From a virus: a DNA stretch of 56,476 bases. Positions 32,283-42,031 of this stretch are shown one piece after another (within the stretch, counting starts at the first letter, position 1; each line of letters begins with the position of its first letter). The stretch lies in IMG/VR virus record IMGVR_UViG_3300045988_061017; one strand, given 5' to 3'. Below the pieces are notes generated by a model. It saw only the letters and a list, made by a program, of their open reading frames with translations. It ran no database searches and was not told the DNA's origin. Made by a program: the position numbers and the translations under genes.

Positions 32283-34028
32283 ATGGCATTATCAAACACA
32301 GCCGTCCCGAAATATTACGGCATGTTTCGTGATGCCGTTATTCGAGGCGAGATACCAGTGAATAAGGAAATCTCTATGGAGATGAACCGTATTGATGACC
32401 TTATCGCAAACCCTGGAGTCTATTACGATGACAAAGCAGTTGAGGGATTTATCCTATACTGCGAAAACGAATTAACGCTTACCGATGGTTCTGATCTGAA
32501 TCTTCTTGATTCATTTAAAGTATGGTCTGAACAAATTTTTGGTTGGTATTATTTTGTTGAAAGAAGTGTCTACGAACCGTCGGAAGATGGTCATGGCGGA
32601 CATTATGTTAAAAAGCATATCCGAAAAAGACTTATTAACAAGCAGTATCTCATAGTAGCACGAGGTGCCGCTAAATCTATGTATGGTTCTTGTTTACAGA
32701 ACTATTTTCTTAATGTCGATATCACGACAACACACCAGATTACAACCGCACCAACAATGAAACAGGCAGAAGAAGTTCTGTCACCTATTCGTACAGCTAT
32801 TACTCGTTCGAGAGGACCATTCTATAAATTCCTTACAGATGGTTCAATAATGAATACTAGCGGTTCAAAAGCCAATAGAGTTAAATTGGCATCGACCAAG
32901 AAAGGAATAGAAAATTTTCTTACAGGTTCATTACTGGAAATTCGTCCGATGAGGATAGACAAGTTACAGGGATTGCAGCTCAAGGTTGCAACTGTTGATG
33001 AATGGTTATCCGGAGATATTAGGGAAGATGTTATTGGTGCTATTGAACAGGGTGCATCAAAGGTAGACGATTATTTGATTGTTGCCATTAGCTCTGAAGG
33101 TACAGTACGTAACGGAGCTGGCGATACAATCAAAATGGAATTGCAGGACATCCTAAAAGGTGAATATATTAACCCTCATGTTTCTATCTGGTGGTACAAA
33201 CTCGATTCTGTCGAAGAAGTTTCAAATCCAGATATGTGGTTGAAAGCCAATCCAAATTTAGGAAAAACAGTCAGTTATGAAACATATCAGCTTGATGTTG
33301 AAAGAGCAGAAAAAGCTCCAGCGGCAAGAAACGATATACTCGCAAAACGATTTGGTCTACCTATGGAAGGATATACATATTACTTCACATATGAAGAAAC
33401 ATTGCCGCATCGAAAAAGAGATTTCTGGCAGTTGCCTTGCTCTTTGGGTGGTGACCTATCGCAGGGAGATGACTTCTGTGCATTTACATTTTTGTTTCCA
33501 TTATCGAACGGCGCATTTGGTGTAAAGACGCGAAATTACATAACACAGAGGACATTAATGAAATTACAGCCTGCAATGAGATTGAAATATGAAGAGTTCA
33601 TCAAAGAAGGCAGTCTTATTGTTATGGAAGGAACTGTTCTGGATATGATGGAAGTATATGAAGACCTAGATAATCACATTATTGAAAGTGGTTACGATGT
33701 AAGGTGTTTTGGGTACGACCCATATAATGCAAAAGATTTTGTGGAACGTTGGACACAGGAAAATGGTGTATTTGGTGTAGAAAAAGTAATCCAGGGAGCT
33801 AAGACAGAATCAGTTCCGCTTGGAGAATTAAAGAAATTATCAGAAGATAGAATGCTTCTGTTCGATGAAGAGCTTATGACATTTACTATGGGAAACTGTA
33901 TTACTTTAGAGGATACTAACGGAAACCGTAAATTGTTAAAGAAAAGATATGATCAGAAAATTGATGCAGTGGCAGCTATGATGGATGCCTATGTCGCATA
34001 TAAGCTCAATCGAGATATGTTTGAATAA
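32283..34028 (+). CDS. terL: terminase large subunit
   Basis: 581 aa; Walker A-like 'VARGAAKS', Walker B 'VATVDEW', nuclease Asp motifs 'GGDLSQGDDFCAF' and 'KIDAVAAMMDA'. Confidence 0.88.
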   Translation: MALSNTAVPKYYGMFRDAVIRGEIPVNKEISMEMNRIDDLIANPGVYYDDKAVEGFILYCENELTLTDGSDLNLLDSFKVWSEQIFGWYYFVERSVYEPSEDGHGGHYVKKHIRKRLINKQYLIVARGAAKSMYGSCLQNYFLNVDITTTHQITTAPTMKQAEEVLSPIRTAITRSRGPFYKFLTDGSIMNTSGSKANRVKLASTKKGIENFLTGSLLEIRPMRIDKLQGLQLKVATVDEWLSGDIREDVIGAIEQGASKVDDYLIVAISSEGTVRNGAGDTIKMELQDILKGEYINPHVSIWWYKLDSVEEVSNPDMWLKANPNLGKTVSYETYQLDVERAEKAPAARNDILAKRFGLPMEGYTYYFTYEETLPHRKRDFWQLPCSLGGDLSQGDDFCAFTFLFPLSNGAFGVKTRNYITQRTLMKLQPAMRLKYEEFIKEGSLIVMEGTVLDMMEVYEDLDNHIIESGYDVRCFGYDPYNAKDFVERWTQENGVFGVEKVIQGAKTESVPLGELKKLSEDRMLLFDEELMTFTMGNCITLEDTNGNRKLLKKRYDQKIDAVAAMMDAYVAYKLNRDMFE

Positions 34029-34044
34029 GGAGGAAAAATTCAAA

Positions 34045-35391
34045 ATGGAATTAACAGTTGGCTCCAGACTGAAACACGCCTGGAATGCATTTCTGAATCG
34101 AGCCCCCACTGCCAATTATCAGTATGGTATAGGTGGAGGATATGCATATCGACCAGACAGATTTAGACTCACAAGAGGAAATGAGCGTTCTATCGTGACC
34201 TCTGTTTACAATCGAATAGCTTTAGATGTAGCCGCCATTAACATTCAGCATGTTCAGTTGGATGATGAAGGGCGGTTTTTAAATGTTATAAAATCTGGAC
34301 TTAATGATTGCTTATCATTAGAGGCAAATCTGGACCAGACGGGAAGGGCATTTATACAGGATGTTGTTATGTCGATGATGGATGAAGGTGTTGTTGCGAT
34401 AGTGCCGGTTGATACTACAATTGATCCCGATATATCTAACGGATTTGATATAACGTCAATGCGAGTAGGAAAAGTAGTTGACTGGTATCCACAGCATGTA
34501 AAACTCGAAGTATATAACGAACAAATAGGTGTAAAACAGACAATTACTATGCCTAAGAGGAGCGTAGCAATTATTGAAAACCCGCTTTATGCCGTCATCA
34601 ATGAACCCAATTCTACAATGCAGAGATTGGTTCGAAAGTTAAATCTTTTGGATGCCGTTGATGAACAGAGCAGTTCTGGTAAATTGGATTTAATTATCCA
34701 GTTGCCATATGTTATCAAATCAGATGCAAGAAGAAAGCAGGCTGAACTTCGAAGAAAAGATATAGAAGAACAGTTATCCGGCTCAAAGTACGGAATTGCG
34801 TATATTGATGGAACAGAGCATGTTACACAGTTAAATCGTTCAGTTGAGAATAATCTGATGAAGCAGATTGAATATTTGACGAGTATGCTATATAGCCAGT
34901 TAGGTATCACTCAGAGCATATTAGATGGAACAGCTGACGAGAAGACAATGCTTAATTACTACAATAGGACAATAGAACCAATTTTGTCGGCGATTGTTGA
35001 TGAAATGAAACGCAAGTTCCTTACAAAGACCGCTCGTACAAAGAATAAATCAATTAAGTTCTTTAGAGACCCATTCAAACTTGTACCGATAAGTGAAATT
35101 GCTGAGATAACGGACAAGTTCACAAGAAATGAAGTCGCATCATCAAATGAAATGCGTCAGGTTATTGGGTGGAAACCTTCTAATGATCCAAAAGCAGATG
35201 AATTACGTAACAGCAATTTAAGTGAATCTAAATCTACTAATATTCCACAGGAAACAGTTGGTGATAATACATCACCAGATACAAGTGAATACGATAATTT
35301 AGTTAATGATTTGTTGGATAGTTTATCTGATGAAATTGATAGTATTGTCGGTGAATATTTGCCGGATTCAGAAGAAGGCGGTGATGCATAG
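34045..35391 (+). CDS. portal protein
   Basis: ATG 34045 after aaggagg; 448 aa immediately after TerL; acidic C-terminus. Confidence 0.65.
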   Translation: MELTVGSRLKHAWNAFLNRAPTANYQYGIGGGYAYRPDRFRLTRGNERSIVTSVYNRIALDVAAINIQHVQLDDEGRFLNVIKSGLNDCLSLEANLDQTGRAFIQDVVMSMMDEGVVAIVPVDTTIDPDISNGFDITSMRVGKVVDWYPQHVKLEVYNEQIGVKQTITMPKRSVAIIENPLYAVINEPNSTMQRLVRKLNLLDAVDEQSSSGKLDLIIQLPYVIKSDARRKQAELRRKDIEEQLSGSKYGIAYIDGTEHVTQLNRSVENNLMKQIEYLTSMLYSQLGITQSILDGTADEKTMLNYYNRTIEPILSAIVDEMKRKFLTKTARTKNKSIKFFRDPFKLVPISEIAEITDKFTRNEVASSNEMRQVIGWKPSNDPKADELRNSNLSESKSTNIPQETVGDNTSPDTSEYDNLVNDLLDSLSDEIDSIVGEYLPDSEEGGDA

Positions 35392-36284
35392 TGAATGAAA
35401 GTAAAACTGCCGTTCTTATGCATTATGCATCAAAATATTATGACCCGCAGAAAGCTCACGAATACTATATGCGTACTAGGGAGTTAAAGGGACGTTCTAC
35501 TTCTACGTTGACAGATGATGGCAAAAAAATTTGGGCGTATACAAAAAATAGTATTAAAGAAGAGAAATCTTCCAAAGTCCAATCTGAGCAGGAGTCAAGA
35601 GATAAAAAGATTTCTGAACTTAGAGCAAAAGCTGATGAAACGAGGGAAAAGATTACATCTCGGTTGAAAGAACTGAATGAAATTCTGACTCAGTCAGCTT
35701 CAAACAAGAAGCAGAGTATAGATGATAATAAGGATTCTAATCTGGATAAGATAGATGAGAATGCAAGTTCTCAAAAGAAACAAATAGATTCTATAAAATC
35801 TGCTGAAATTGAAAGATTAATGGCAATCGAAATACCTACCGGTTTATCTAAAACGGAGAGGGCTAGGCGAGTTGCCGAAAGGACAAAAAAGATTGCTAAA
35901 CTTCGCAGTGCTGCCACAGCGGATAAAGCAAAAATAAGTAATGAGGCGAAAACGGATAAGGCTGAAACGAGAGCCGACGCGACAAATAAAAAATCTATCG
36001 TGTCTAATCAGACAAAGGTAGATAAAGCGGCTAATACAGCGGCTAATACAGCTAATGCAAAGGAAGAAAGAGCGAAAGTTAGTTCTGATCTTAAAGAGGC
36101 TGTCAGTCGTGTGCGAGAAGCATACAAAAGTGCTAAAGCTGATTTAGATTCATCTTATGAACAAACTTATCAGAACGAGTTTGACAAAATTCAATCTGAA
36201 AATAAGAAAGCAAGCACAAAAAAGAAATCGTCAAGCTCTACGAAGAAGACATCTCATCCGTTATCGTACTATATCAGAAAATAG
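35391..36284 (+). CDS. Lys/Ser-rich coiled-coil protein (scaffold-like or head-associated)
   Basis: 297 aa between portal and protease-capsid; GTG start abutting the portal stop; low-complexity K/A/S-rich. Confidence 0.5.
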   Translation: MNESKTAVLMHYASKYYDPQKAHEYYMRTRELKGRSTSTLTDDGKKIWAYTKNSIKEEKSSKVQSEQESRDKKISELRAKADETREKITSRLKELNEILTQSASNKKQSIDDNKDSNLDKIDENASSQKKQIDSIKSAEIERLMAIEIPTGLSKTERARRVAERTKKIAKLRSAATADKAKISNEAKTDKAETRADATNKKSIVSNQTKVDKAANTAANTANAKEERAKVSSDLKEAVSRVREAYKSAKADLDSSYEQTYQNEFDKIQSENKKASTKKKSSSSTKKTSHPLSYYIRK

Positions 36285-36299
36285 GAGGAGAAATTCAAA

Positions 36300-38153
36300 A
36301 TGAAGTATGATTTTGGCGGTTATGCCACACGAAATGATCTTACTTGCACCGATGGTCGTGTGATTAAAAAAGATGCTTTCAAGTCACAGAATGGACAAAC
36401 AGTTCCGCTTGTTTGGAATCACAATCACGATGATGTGAACGATGTACTTGGATTAGCACATCTTGAAAATCGCAAAGACGGCGTGTATGCGTATTGTGAA
36501 TTCAATGATACGGAAAACGGTAAGACAGCAAAAGAATTAGTACAGCATGGAGATGTAAGGTCGCTGTCAATCTTTGCAAACCAGTTAATGCAGAAAGGTT
36601 CGGATGTAATTCATGGATTAATCAGAGAGGTTAGCCTTGTGCTTGCTGGAGCTAATCCAGGAGCTTTTATTGATGATGTAATTGCTCATGGAGAAGATGG
36701 CTCTGGAATTATTGCATGTTATGACGAGGGTGTAACAGTATTTATGCACTCCGATGACAAACCAGATGATGCACCGAAATCTAAGGAATCAGAAGAAAAA
36801 GAAAATTCTGATGATGAAGAGACTGTCGAAGATGTATTAGCAACTCTTACTGAAAAGCAGCAAACAGCTGTATATGCCATGATTGGCGCAATGGCTGGAG
36901 AAGATCCAGAAAACAACAATGATGATTCAGAGGAAAATGAAGGAGGAAATGACGAAATGGCAATGAAACATAACGTATTTGAGGGTGGTGCACAGACACA
37001 GGATAACACACTTTCTCATGCAGATCAGGTTGCAATTATTAAGAAAGCAAAGATGAGAACAGTTGGAACTTTTAAGAACGCTTTAAGGGAGTATGCAGAG
37101 GAGAATGTTCTTCAGCATGATGCAACAAGTAGCGGTGTATCTTCAGAAGATATTTCTAAACTCTTCCCAGAGTATGCAGATGTTAGACCTGGTGCACCAG
37201 AGCTTATCACAAATGATCAGGGCTGGGTTGGTAATGTTATTTCTAAAGTACATAAATCACCTATGTCACGAATTAGAACAACCCAGGCAGATATTAGATA
37301 TATCGATGATCTCAAGTCACATGGTTATAAGAAAGGAAAGCAGAAGAAGCTGAATGGTAATTTCAGCCTTGTAAGAAGAACAACTGACCCTCAAACAGTT
37401 TACACAAAGAGTGCTCTTAACAGAGATGATATTGTCGATATTACAGATTTCGATTATGTTGCATATCTGTACAGCATTGATCGTATGAACCTTAACGAAG
37501 ACCTTGCCAGAGCAATTATGATCGGTGATGGTCGTGAAGAGGGGGCTGACGATAAGATTGCAGAAGACCATATCAGACCTATCTGGCTAGATGATGATCT
37601 TTATACAATTCATGTGGACCTTGACATTACAGCTATGAAGGCTGAACTTCAGGGAACAAATACCGGAGCTAATTTCGGCGATAACTTCGTATATGCAGAG
37701 GCAATGGTACAGACATTACTTTATGCAAGAGAAAATTATAAGGGAACAGGTACTCCAGATTTATACTGCACACCTCATATGGCAAATGTAATGCTTCTTG
37801 CAAGAGATATTACTGGTAGAAGAATTTACTCTTCTAAGGCAGAACTTGCTACAGCATTAAATGTTGGAACAATTGAGACAGCTGAGCAGTTTGCTAACAA
37901 GACCAGAAAGACATCCGATGGCAAGACAAAGAAACTCATCGCTATCATGGTAAATCTTCAGGATTATTCTCTTGGAGCAACAAAGGGCGGAGAGATTACA
38001 CACTTCACTCAGTTTGATATCGACTTTAATCAGGAGAAATCACTTCTTGAGACACGTTGCTCCGGAGCTCTTACAAGAGTCTACTCTGCAATTGCTATTG
38101 AGGAAGATGTTACGGACACTAAGAGCCAGCAGACTGGAGGCTTAGCAGTCTAA
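36300..38153 (+). CDS. prohead protease - major capsid protein fusion (HK97-type)
   Basis: 617 aa. The N-terminal ~140 aa 'VPLVWNHNHDDV..LG...VRSLSIFAN...IREVSLVLAGANPGA' resembles the S78 prohead protease. An acidic linker is followed by a ~400-aa capsid-sized domain. Confidence 0.7.
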   Translation: MKYDFGGYATRNDLTCTDGRVIKKDAFKSQNGQTVPLVWNHNHDDVNDVLGLAHLENRKDGVYAYCEFNDTENGKTAKELVQHGDVRSLSIFANQLMQKGSDVIHGLIREVSLVLAGANPGAFIDDVIAHGEDGSGIIACYDEGVTVFMHSDDKPDDAPKSKESEEKENSDDEETVEDVLATLTEKQQTAVYAMIGAMAGEDPENNNDDSEENEGGNDEMAMKHNVFEGGAQTQDNTLSHADQVAIIKKAKMRTVGTFKNALREYAEENVLQHDATSSGVSSEDISKLFPEYADVRPGAPELITNDQGWVGNVISKVHKSPMSRIRTTQADIRYIDDLKSHGYKKGKQKKLNGNFSLVRRTTDPQTVYTKSALNRDDIVDITDFDYVAYLYSIDRMNLNEDLARAIMIGDGREEGADDKIAEDHIRPIWLDDDLYTIHVDLDITAMKAELQGTNTGANFGDNFVYAEAMVQTLLYARENYKGTGTPDLYCTPHMANVMLLARDITGRRIYSSKAELATALNVGTIETAEQFANKTRKTSDGKTKKLIAIMVNLQDYSLGATKGGEITHFTQFDIDFNQEKSLLETRCSGALTRVYSAIAIEEDVTDTKSQQTGGLAV

Positions 38154-38180
38154 GATAAATCGTAGAAAGGAAATTTCAAA

Positions 38181-38504
38181 ATGAGTAAATTTTTTGGAGC
38201 AATTGGTTATTCCGTATCAGAAGAAACAGCTCCCGGTGTATGGACAGACCATATTGTAGAGCATAACCATTATGGTGATGTTAATAGAAGTAAGGCTCAG
38301 CACGAAACTGGAACATCACTTAATGATAACCTCAATATTTCAAATGAGTTTAGTATTATTGCTGACCCATTTGCTTATGAGAATTTCCAAAATATGCGAT
38401 ACATCGTATTTATGGGAGCTAAGTGGAAAATTACGAGCGTGGAAGTTCAGTATCCACGATTAATTCTGACAGTTGGAGGTGTTTATAATGAGCAGACGAC
38501 TTAA
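38181..38504 (+). CDS. hypothetical head-tail module protein
   Basis: 107-aa ATG ORF, RBS gaaagga; position between capsid and tail tube. Confidence 0.55.
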   Translation: MSKFFGAIGYSVSEETAPGVWTDHIVEHNHYGDVNRSKAQHETGTSLNDNLNISNEFSIIADPFAYENFQNMRYIVFMGAKWKITSVEVQYPRLILTVGGVYNEQTT

Positions 38505-38811
38505 ACTGCATAGTATTCTTTGCAGTATATTAGCTTGCCAGGAGAGAGGGAAAGAGTGCCGAGCTTATTTTCAACCGCCAGCATCTGTTAGCATGAAATA
38601 CCCTGCCATTGTGTATGCCCTTAATGGAAAAGATAAGAGGCACGCCGATGACAGGGTTTATTTGTCTTCAAATCGTTATTCGGTGACAGTTATAGACAGC
38701 AATCCAGATAGCGATATAGCAGACAAAGTATCTGAATTACCAATGTGCAGGTTCAATACAGCCTATACCAAGGATAATTTGAACCACACAGTATATGAAA
38801 TTTATTATTAG
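38488..38811 (+). CDS. head-tail joining / tail completion-like protein
   Basis: ATG 38488 after ggaggtg; 107 aa; assignment by position, with 'YPAIVYAL...Y.VTVID' pattern. Confidence 0.45.
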   Translation: MSRRLKLHSILCSILACQERGKECRAYFQPPASVSMKYPAIVYALNGKDKRHADDRVYLSSNRYSVTVIDSNPDSDIADKVSELPMCRFNTAYTKDNLNHTVYEIYY

Positions 38812-38823
38812 GAGGAAATCAAC

Positions 38824-39507
38824 ATGTCAAAACTTACATGGGATAATGAAGGTGAGCGATTATTTGAAACTGGTGTCAGTGAAGTCGCTCTTTACCCATT
38901 TCAGACAAATGGTTACACAAAGGGTGTTGCTTGGAATGGTGTAAGTTCTATTACAGACAGTCCTGGAGGAGCAGAGTCGAATAAGATTTATGCAGATAAC
39001 ATCGAGTATCTCAATCTTATGTCTGCTGAAACAGCTGGTGGAACTATCGAAGCATATATGGCACCAGATGAGTTTGCTGAATGCGATGGTTCTGTAGAGG
39101 TTGCACCTGGAGTATATGCAGGTCAGCAGAACCGTAAGAAGTTTGGTCTTGCATATAAGACTATTCTCGGAAATGATACAGAATCAAATGACCATGGTTA
39201 TAAACTTCACTTAGTATGGGGATGCCTTGCTTCTCCATCAGAGAAACAGAATTCATCTGTAAATGAGAGTCCAGAGCCATTGGCTATGTCCTGGGAATAC
39301 AGTGCAACACCTGTTAAAGTTACTGCGGCTGTTAGGGGTAAGAAACTCAAAGCAACAGCTACAATGACATTCGACTCGACAAAGGTAGATGCCACAAAGC
39401 TTCAGAAGTTGGAAGGTATTCTTTATGGAACAGATGGTTCTGGATCAACTGAGCCAAGACTTCCAATGCCAGATGAAATCATTTCTATGATGACAACCGA
39501 AGGTTAA
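38824..39507 (+). CDS. major tail (tube) protein
   Basis: 227 aa; 'WDNEGERLFETGVSEVALYP...GVAWNGVSSITDSPGGAE' resembles phi13/TP901-type major tail proteins; followed by a strong terminator. Confidence 0.7.
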   Translation: MSKLTWDNEGERLFETGVSEVALYPFQTNGYTKGVAWNGVSSITDSPGGAESNKIYADNIEYLNLMSAETAGGTIEAYMAPDEFAECDGSVEVAPGVYAGQQNRKKFGLAYKTILGNDTESNDHGYKLHLVWGCLASPSEKQNSSVNESPEPLAMSWEYSATPVKVTAAVRGKKLKATATMTFDSTKVDATKLQKLEGILYGTDGSGSTEPRLPMPDEIISMMTTEG

Positions 39508-39524
39508 TTAAATATTCAGTCTAT

Positions 39525-39560
39525 GCGACGTATTCAGTTCGGCTGGCGTCGCTTTTTTTT
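39525..39560 (+). terminator. Rho-independent terminator
   Basis: gcgacg/cgtcgc stem then T8. Confidence 0.7.
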
Positions 39561-39581
39561 ATTTGAAAGGAGAAATTCAAA

Positions 39582-40013
39582 ATGCATAAAGAAACTATTA
39601 CTTACGTTGATTTCAACGGTACAGAAAGAACAGAAGACCATTATTTCAACCTTAGCAAAACGGAGATTACGGAGTTAGAGGTAAGTATGCCTGGCGGTCT
39701 CGCAGAGTACCTTATGGGAATTGTAAATGCCAAGAATGTTCCGGAAATTATGGCTTCGTTTAAGAAGATTATTTTATCTGCATACGGCATCAAGTCGGCA
39801 GATGGAAGAAGGCTTAAAAAAGGAGCAGAAATCAGCAAAGCATTCACGGAATCACCGGCATATGACGTACTGTTTCAGAGATTATTCTTATCTGGAGATG
39901 TTAATGCTGCCTCTGATTTTATTAATGCGATCATTCCACAGATTAAGGATGATGCGGCACAGTCAGCAGCAGAGAATAAGAATTTAACTGTTGTTTCTGG
40001 AGCGGCACAGTAA
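39582..40013 (+). CDS. tail assembly chaperone
   Basis: 143 aa, between the tube and TMP genes. Confidence 0.55.
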   Translation: MHKETITYVDFNGTERTEDHYFNLSKTEITELEVSMPGGLAEYLMGIVNAKNVPEIMASFKKIILSAYGIKSADGRRLKKGAEISKAFTESPAYDVLFQRLFLSGDVNAASDFINAIIPQIKDDAAQSAAENKNLTVVSGAAQ

Positions 40014-40034
40014 TTCATTTTTGGAGGTGTACAG

Positions 40035-40580
40035 ATGCTTAATATCGTAATACCTTCAGCTGAATTATGGGATGAAAAGAACGAGCAATTCATCCATACA
40101 AAGGAACGAAAATTACAGTTAGAGCATTCTTTGGTTTCAGTCGCTAAATGGGAAGCTAAGTGGAATAAGCCTTTTATAAACAAAAAAGAGAAAACAACAG
40201 CAGAAATTATTGACTATGTGCGATGCATGACCATTACGCAGAATGTACCAGATGATTGCTACAACTATTTAACAATAGCAAACATAGAAGAAGTGAACAG
40301 GTATATTGCGTTGCCAATGACAGCTACTTGGTTCACTGAAACAAAAAAGAAAGTAACAACAAATCGCGAGCAGATTACAGCGGAACTTATTTATTACTGG
40401 ATGATTAGTTTCAATATTCCTATGGAATGTCAGAAATGGCATTTGAACAGATTGCTTACTTTGATAAGGGTATTCAATGAGAAGAATCAACCTAAAAAGA
40501 AAATGAGTCAGCAGGAACTATATCGTCAGCACGCTGCAATAAATGCTGCAAATAGAAAGAGATTTCATTCAAAAGGATAG
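40035..40580 (+). CDS. tail-module protein (second chaperone-like)
   Basis: 181 aa, RBS ggaggtg; assignment by position. Confidence 0.45.
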   Translation: MLNIVIPSAELWDEKNEQFIHTKERKLQLEHSLVSVAKWEAKWNKPFINKKEKTTAEIIDYVRCMTITQNVPDDCYNYLTIANIEEVNRYIALPMTATWFTETKKKVTTNREQITAELIYYWMISFNIPMECQKWHLNRLLTLIRVFNEKNQPKKKMSQQELYRQHAAINAANRKRFHSKG

Positions 40581-40591
40581 GAGGAAATACT

Positions 40592-41641
40592 ATGGGACTT
40601 AATGGTATTGATGTCAGCGGTTGGCAGGAAGGTATTGATTTATCTGCTGTTGCCGCTGATTTTGTAATTATGAAAGCTACTCAGGGTACTGGATTTGTCA
40701 GCAAAGATTTTGTTAGACAGTATCAGCAGGCAAAAGAAAATGGAAAGCTAGTCGGATGTTATCACTATGCCGAGGGAGGCGACTATGTTGCAGAGGCAAA
40801 CCATTTCCTTGATGTTGTTGGAAATCGCGTTGGAGAAGCTATTCTTTGTCTTGATTGGGAAGGACAGGATAATCCAACATTTGGTCAGAACGATTTCAAT
40901 TGGGTTAAAGGATTCTGTGATTATGTATTCTCTAAGACCGGTGTAAAACCGCTTGTCTATATTCAGAAGAGTGCTATGGAAAGAATTGACGGAATTGGCG
41001 ATTACGGATTATGGATTGCGCAGTATCCGGATTACACACAAACTGGCTACCAGGAGACACCTTGGAATGAGGGGGCTTATGCATGTGCTATTAGACAGTA
41101 CAGCTCAGTAGGTAGGATTAATGGATACAACGGAGATCTCGACCTTGATAAGTTTTATGGTGACGCTGATGCTTGGAAAGCATATGCCGCTGTAAATGGA
41201 GAGAGCACATCACCGGAACCAACACATCAGCCGGAAGTTAATACGCCAGATGGTTCCACTCTTGAATTAGCTGAAAGAACTATGAAGGGCGAATTTGGAG
41301 ATGGTGACGACAGAAGAAACAATCTTGGAACACGATATGATGAGGTACAGAGCTTCATTAACCATATCTATGAAGCATCTGCTAATGATTTGGCAAATGA
41401 GGTTCGTTCTGGAAAGTATGGTAATGGCGATACAAGAAAGGCGGTTTTGGGAAACCGTTATTCAGAGGTACAGGGCATTGTAAATGGTGAAGCAGAAAAG
41501 AAATACTATACAATTCAGTCTGGTGATGTGTTATCAAAAATCGCTGCTGCTAATGGTACTACCGTTGACAACCTTGTGCGTCTTAATGGTATTAGTAATC
41601 CGGATCTGATTTATGCAGGTACGAAGATTAGAGTTAAGTAG
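40592..41641 (+). CDS. endolysin: GH25 muramidase + 2 Cpl-7-like repeats + LysM
   Basis: 'GIDVSGWQEGIDL...FVIMKATQGTGF' (GH25); 'GEFGDGDDRRNNLGTRYDEVQSFIN' and 'GKYGNGDTRKAVLGNRYSEVQGIVN' (Cpl-7-like); 'YYTIQSGDVLSKIAAANGTTVDNLVRLNGI' (LysM). Confidence 0.85.
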   Translation: MGLNGIDVSGWQEGIDLSAVAADFVIMKATQGTGFVSKDFVRQYQQAKENGKLVGCYHYAEGGDYVAEANHFLDVVGNRVGEAILCLDWEGQDNPTFGQNDFNWVKGFCDYVFSKTGVKPLVYIQKSAMERIDGIGDYGLWIAQYPDYTQTGYQETPWNEGAYACAIRQYSSVGRINGYNGDLDLDKFYGDADAWKAYAAVNGESTSPEPTHQPEVNTPDGSTLELAERTMKGEFGDGDDRRNNLGTRYDEVQSFINHIYEASANDLANEVRSGKYGNGDTRKAVLGNRYSEVQGIVNGEAEKKYYTIQSGDVLSKIAAANGTTVDNLVRLNGISNPDLIYAGTKIRVK

Positions 41642-41653
41642 GGGTAAATATAT

Positions 41654-42031
41654 ATGATCAGTTTCAGACAAAAGGGCGACTTCCACAAGCTTACCAGATA
41701 TCTGGAAAGAGTGAAAGAAGTAGCACAAATAGGCGACCTTGATAAGTATGGTCGTCAAGGTGTGGCAGCCCTTGCGTCTGCTACGCCGAGAGATACTGGA
41801 AAAACTGCAAATTCGTGGAATTACGAAATCAAGCAGGATAAGGATTCAGTGTCTATTAGTTTTTATAACACAAATATTCAAAATGGAGTTCCAATCGCAA
41901 TTATCTTGCAGTATGGACATGGAACTCGTAACGGAGGCTGGGTACAGGGTCGAGATTATATCAATCCTGCTATTCAGCCTATTTTTGACGAAATTGTCAA
42001 ATCGGCGTGGAAGGAGGTTACAAGTCTATGA
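41654..42031 (+). CDS. HK97 gp10-family tail component
   Basis: 125 aa; 'ALASATPRDTGKTANSW' is typical of the gp10 family. Confidence 0.55.
   Translation: MISFRQKGDFHKLTRYLERVKEVAQIGDLDKYGRQGVAALASATPRDTGKTANSWNYEIKQDKDSVSISFYNTNIQNGVPIAIILQYGHGTRNGGWVQGRDYINPAIQPIFDEIVKSAWKEVTSL

Noticed and set aside
39813-39822. Canonical -1 programmed frameshift (G/GT) in the tail chaperone at the A-run cttaaaaaagg
   Set aside because: The A-run is not in the X XXY YYZ register of the 39582..40013 frame. The only ORF the track shows overlapping this gene (39727..39987, +1 frame) ends before the zero-frame stop, so it provides no C-terminal extension.
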